Part shown: one piece after another, positions 62,687 to 64,000 of the stretch | Numbering within the stretch: the stretch's first letter is position 1 | Layout: every line of letters starts with the position of its first letter | Assembly (NCBI GenBank): GCA_002708995.1 | Contig: PAPT01000025.1 | Coordinates: 10,548-74,547 of the forward strand | Source: Geminicoccus sp. | GTDB lineage: Bacteria; Pseudomonadota; Alphaproteobacteria; UBA7985 | DNA length: 64,000 nt | Direction of reading: 5' to 3' | Program-made: the position numbers and the translations under genes | The notes under the pieces: model-generated | Seen by the model: only the letters and a program-made list of their open reading frames with translations | Database searches by the model: none | What the model was told of the DNA's origin: nothing

Positions 62687-64000
62687 GCCTGCTGCAGGTG
62701 CGGCGCCTCGACGTCTTCTTCGATACCCCCGATGGTCGTCTCGTCGGCGCGCAGGATATCGCGTTTTCGGTCGAGCCGGGGCGGACCACGGCGCTGGTCG
62801 GTGAATCCGGCTCGGGCAAGACGGTTTCGGCCATGTCGGTGCTGCAGCTGCTGCCCTACCCTGTGGCGGGCCACAGCCCGGACAGCGAAATCCTGTGGAA
62901 GGGTCAAGACCTGCTCAAGGCGCCGGCCAAGGCGTTGCGCAGCATTCGCGGCAACGAAATTTCGATGATCTTTCAGGAGCCGCAAATCTCCCTCAACCCG
63001 GTCCAGCGCATCGACCGGCAGGTGGCAGAAATTCTGGTCACCCACCAGCGGATCGACTGGCGCAGCGCGCGCGAGCAGGTTCCCGATCTGCTCGCCGACG
63101 TCGGTCTCGCCGACCCTGAGCGGCAGGCGCGGGCCTACCCGCACCAGCTCAGCGGCGGGCAGCGTCAGCGGGTGATGATCGCCATGGCGCTGGCCAATGA
63201 TCCCGACCTGCTGATCGCCGATGAACCGACGACCGCGCTGGACGTGACCATTCAGGCGCAGATCCTCGAACTGCTGCGCGAGAAGCAGCGCGAGCGGAAC
63301 ATGGCCATGCTGCTGATCACCCACGACCTCGACGTGGTCGGGGCCATGGCCGACGACATCGTGGTCATGGAAAAAGGCCACGTGGTCGAAACCGGCACCG
63401 CGCGCGAGATCCTCGAAGCACCCAAGCACCCCTATACCCGCATGCTGATCGACAGCCAGCCCAGCGGCACCCCGGCGCCTGTACCCGAGCAGGCGCAACC
63501 GGTGATCGAGACCACCGATCTGCGGGTGCATTTCCCGATCCTCGCCGGCGTGCTCAAAACGCAGGTCGGCAGCATCAAGGCAGTCGACGGGGTAAGCCTG
63601 TCGATCCGCGAGGGTGAGACGCTCGGCATCGTCGGCGAGTCCGGCTCGGGCAAATCCACGCTCGGCATGGCGCTGCTGCGGCTGCTGTCAGCGCAGGGGC
63701 CGATCACCTACCTCGGCCAGTCGATCGAAGGCGCCAGCCCGGCCGCCCTCGTGCCGCTGCGGCGCGAGATGCAGGTTGTGTTCCAGGACCCGTTCTCTTC
63801 GCTGTCACCACGCATGACCGTGGGTGAGATCGTTGGCGAGGGGCTGAGCGTGCATGCGCGTGAGCTCGACGCCGCGACGGTCGAGGCGCGCGTGATCGGC
63901 GCGCTGGAGATGGTCGGCCTCGACCCGGCCTCACGGCACCGCTTCCCGCATGAATTCAGCGGGGGGCAACGCCAGCGTGTGGCCGTCGCCCGCGCCCTGA
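62683..64000 (+). CDS. yejF: ABC transporter ATP-binding protein with duplicated ATPase domains (YejF-like). 3' end beyond window.
   Basis: ATGA overlap with the yejE stop. Two Walker A motifs (GESGSGKTV, GESGSGKST), LSGGQRQR signatures and a second domain beginning about residue 290. The ORF is open to the window end. Confidence 0.85.
   Translation, partial: MSLLQVRRLDVFFDTPDGRLVGAQDIAFSVEPGRTTALVGESGSGKTVSAMSVLQLLPYPVAGHSPDSEILWKGQDLLKAPAKALRSIRGNEISMIFQEPQISLNPVQRIDRQVAEILVTHQRIDWRSAREQVPDLLADVGLADPERQARAYPHQLSGGQRQRVMIAMALANDPDLLIADEPTTALDVTIQAQILELLREKQRERNMAMLLITHDLDVVGAMADDIVVMEKGHVVETGTAREILEAPKHPYTRMLIDSQPSGTPAPVPEQAQPVIETTDLRVHFPILAGVLKTQVGSIKAVDGVSLSIREGETLGIVGESGSGKSTLGMALLRLLSAQGPITYLGQSIEGASPAALVPLRREMQVVFQDPFSSLSPRMTVGEIVGEGLSVHARELDAATVEARVIGALEMVGLDPASRHRFPHEFSGGQRQRVAVARAL

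Overview
This is a high-GC (~65%) stretch of bacterial chromosome that looks like ordinary alphaproteobacterial core genome, probably Rhodobacterales-like. That placement is an inference from gene content (fbcFBC/petABC cytochrome bc1 operon; ffs-dnaX-ybaB-recR; def-fmt-truA; TrkH; yejABEF). The window is densely packed with housekeeping genes on both strands: hemF, trmL, petABC, ychF, pth, rplY, prs, pgeF, lgt, proC, plsY, msrB, uvrB, uvrC, pgsA, ilvE, argD, argF, hslO, trkH, folE, folB, dapD, dapE, truA, fmt, def, recR, dnaX, pheA and a yejABEF-type peptide ABC transporter. I see no integrase, transposase, phage gene, CRISPR array or recognisable defence island, so the window does not look like an accessory region. 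The most interesting feature is a canonical TPP (THI-box) riboswitch at about 29990-30088. It sits immediately upstream of an orphan DctP-type TRAP solute-binding protein with a Tat signal, which is followed by thiM and thiE. This points to a riboswitch-controlled thiamine-precursor binding and salvage module that uses a TRAP-family receptor with no adjacent DctQ/DctM. Other observations worth a second look are: (1) a 14-bp tandem repeat (about 6.7 copies) in the convergent gap between a secreted EF-hand protein gene and uvrB; (2) an imperfect-palindrome intergenic repeat of about 49 bp present twice in inverted orientation (15110-15158 and 21681-21729), the first copy embedded in a cluster of GC hairpin sub-repeats; (3) an SRP RNA (ffs) with a near-consensus sigma70-like promoter upstream of dnaX; (4) an uncharacterised 164-aa ORF inserted and translationally coupled between def and fmt; (5) tandem secreted DUF2147-like paralogs; (6) a terminator-like hairpin on the + strand inside the recX/argD divergent region; (7) a long AT-richer untranslated region upstream of uvrC; (8) an orphan 1074-aa hybrid histidine kinase. 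Several long ORFs in the six-frame track are high-GC antisense artefacts and are rejected. Gene starts were refined where homology, RBS or overlap logic allowed. Coordinates may be off by a few nucleotides for the RNA and regulatory features.
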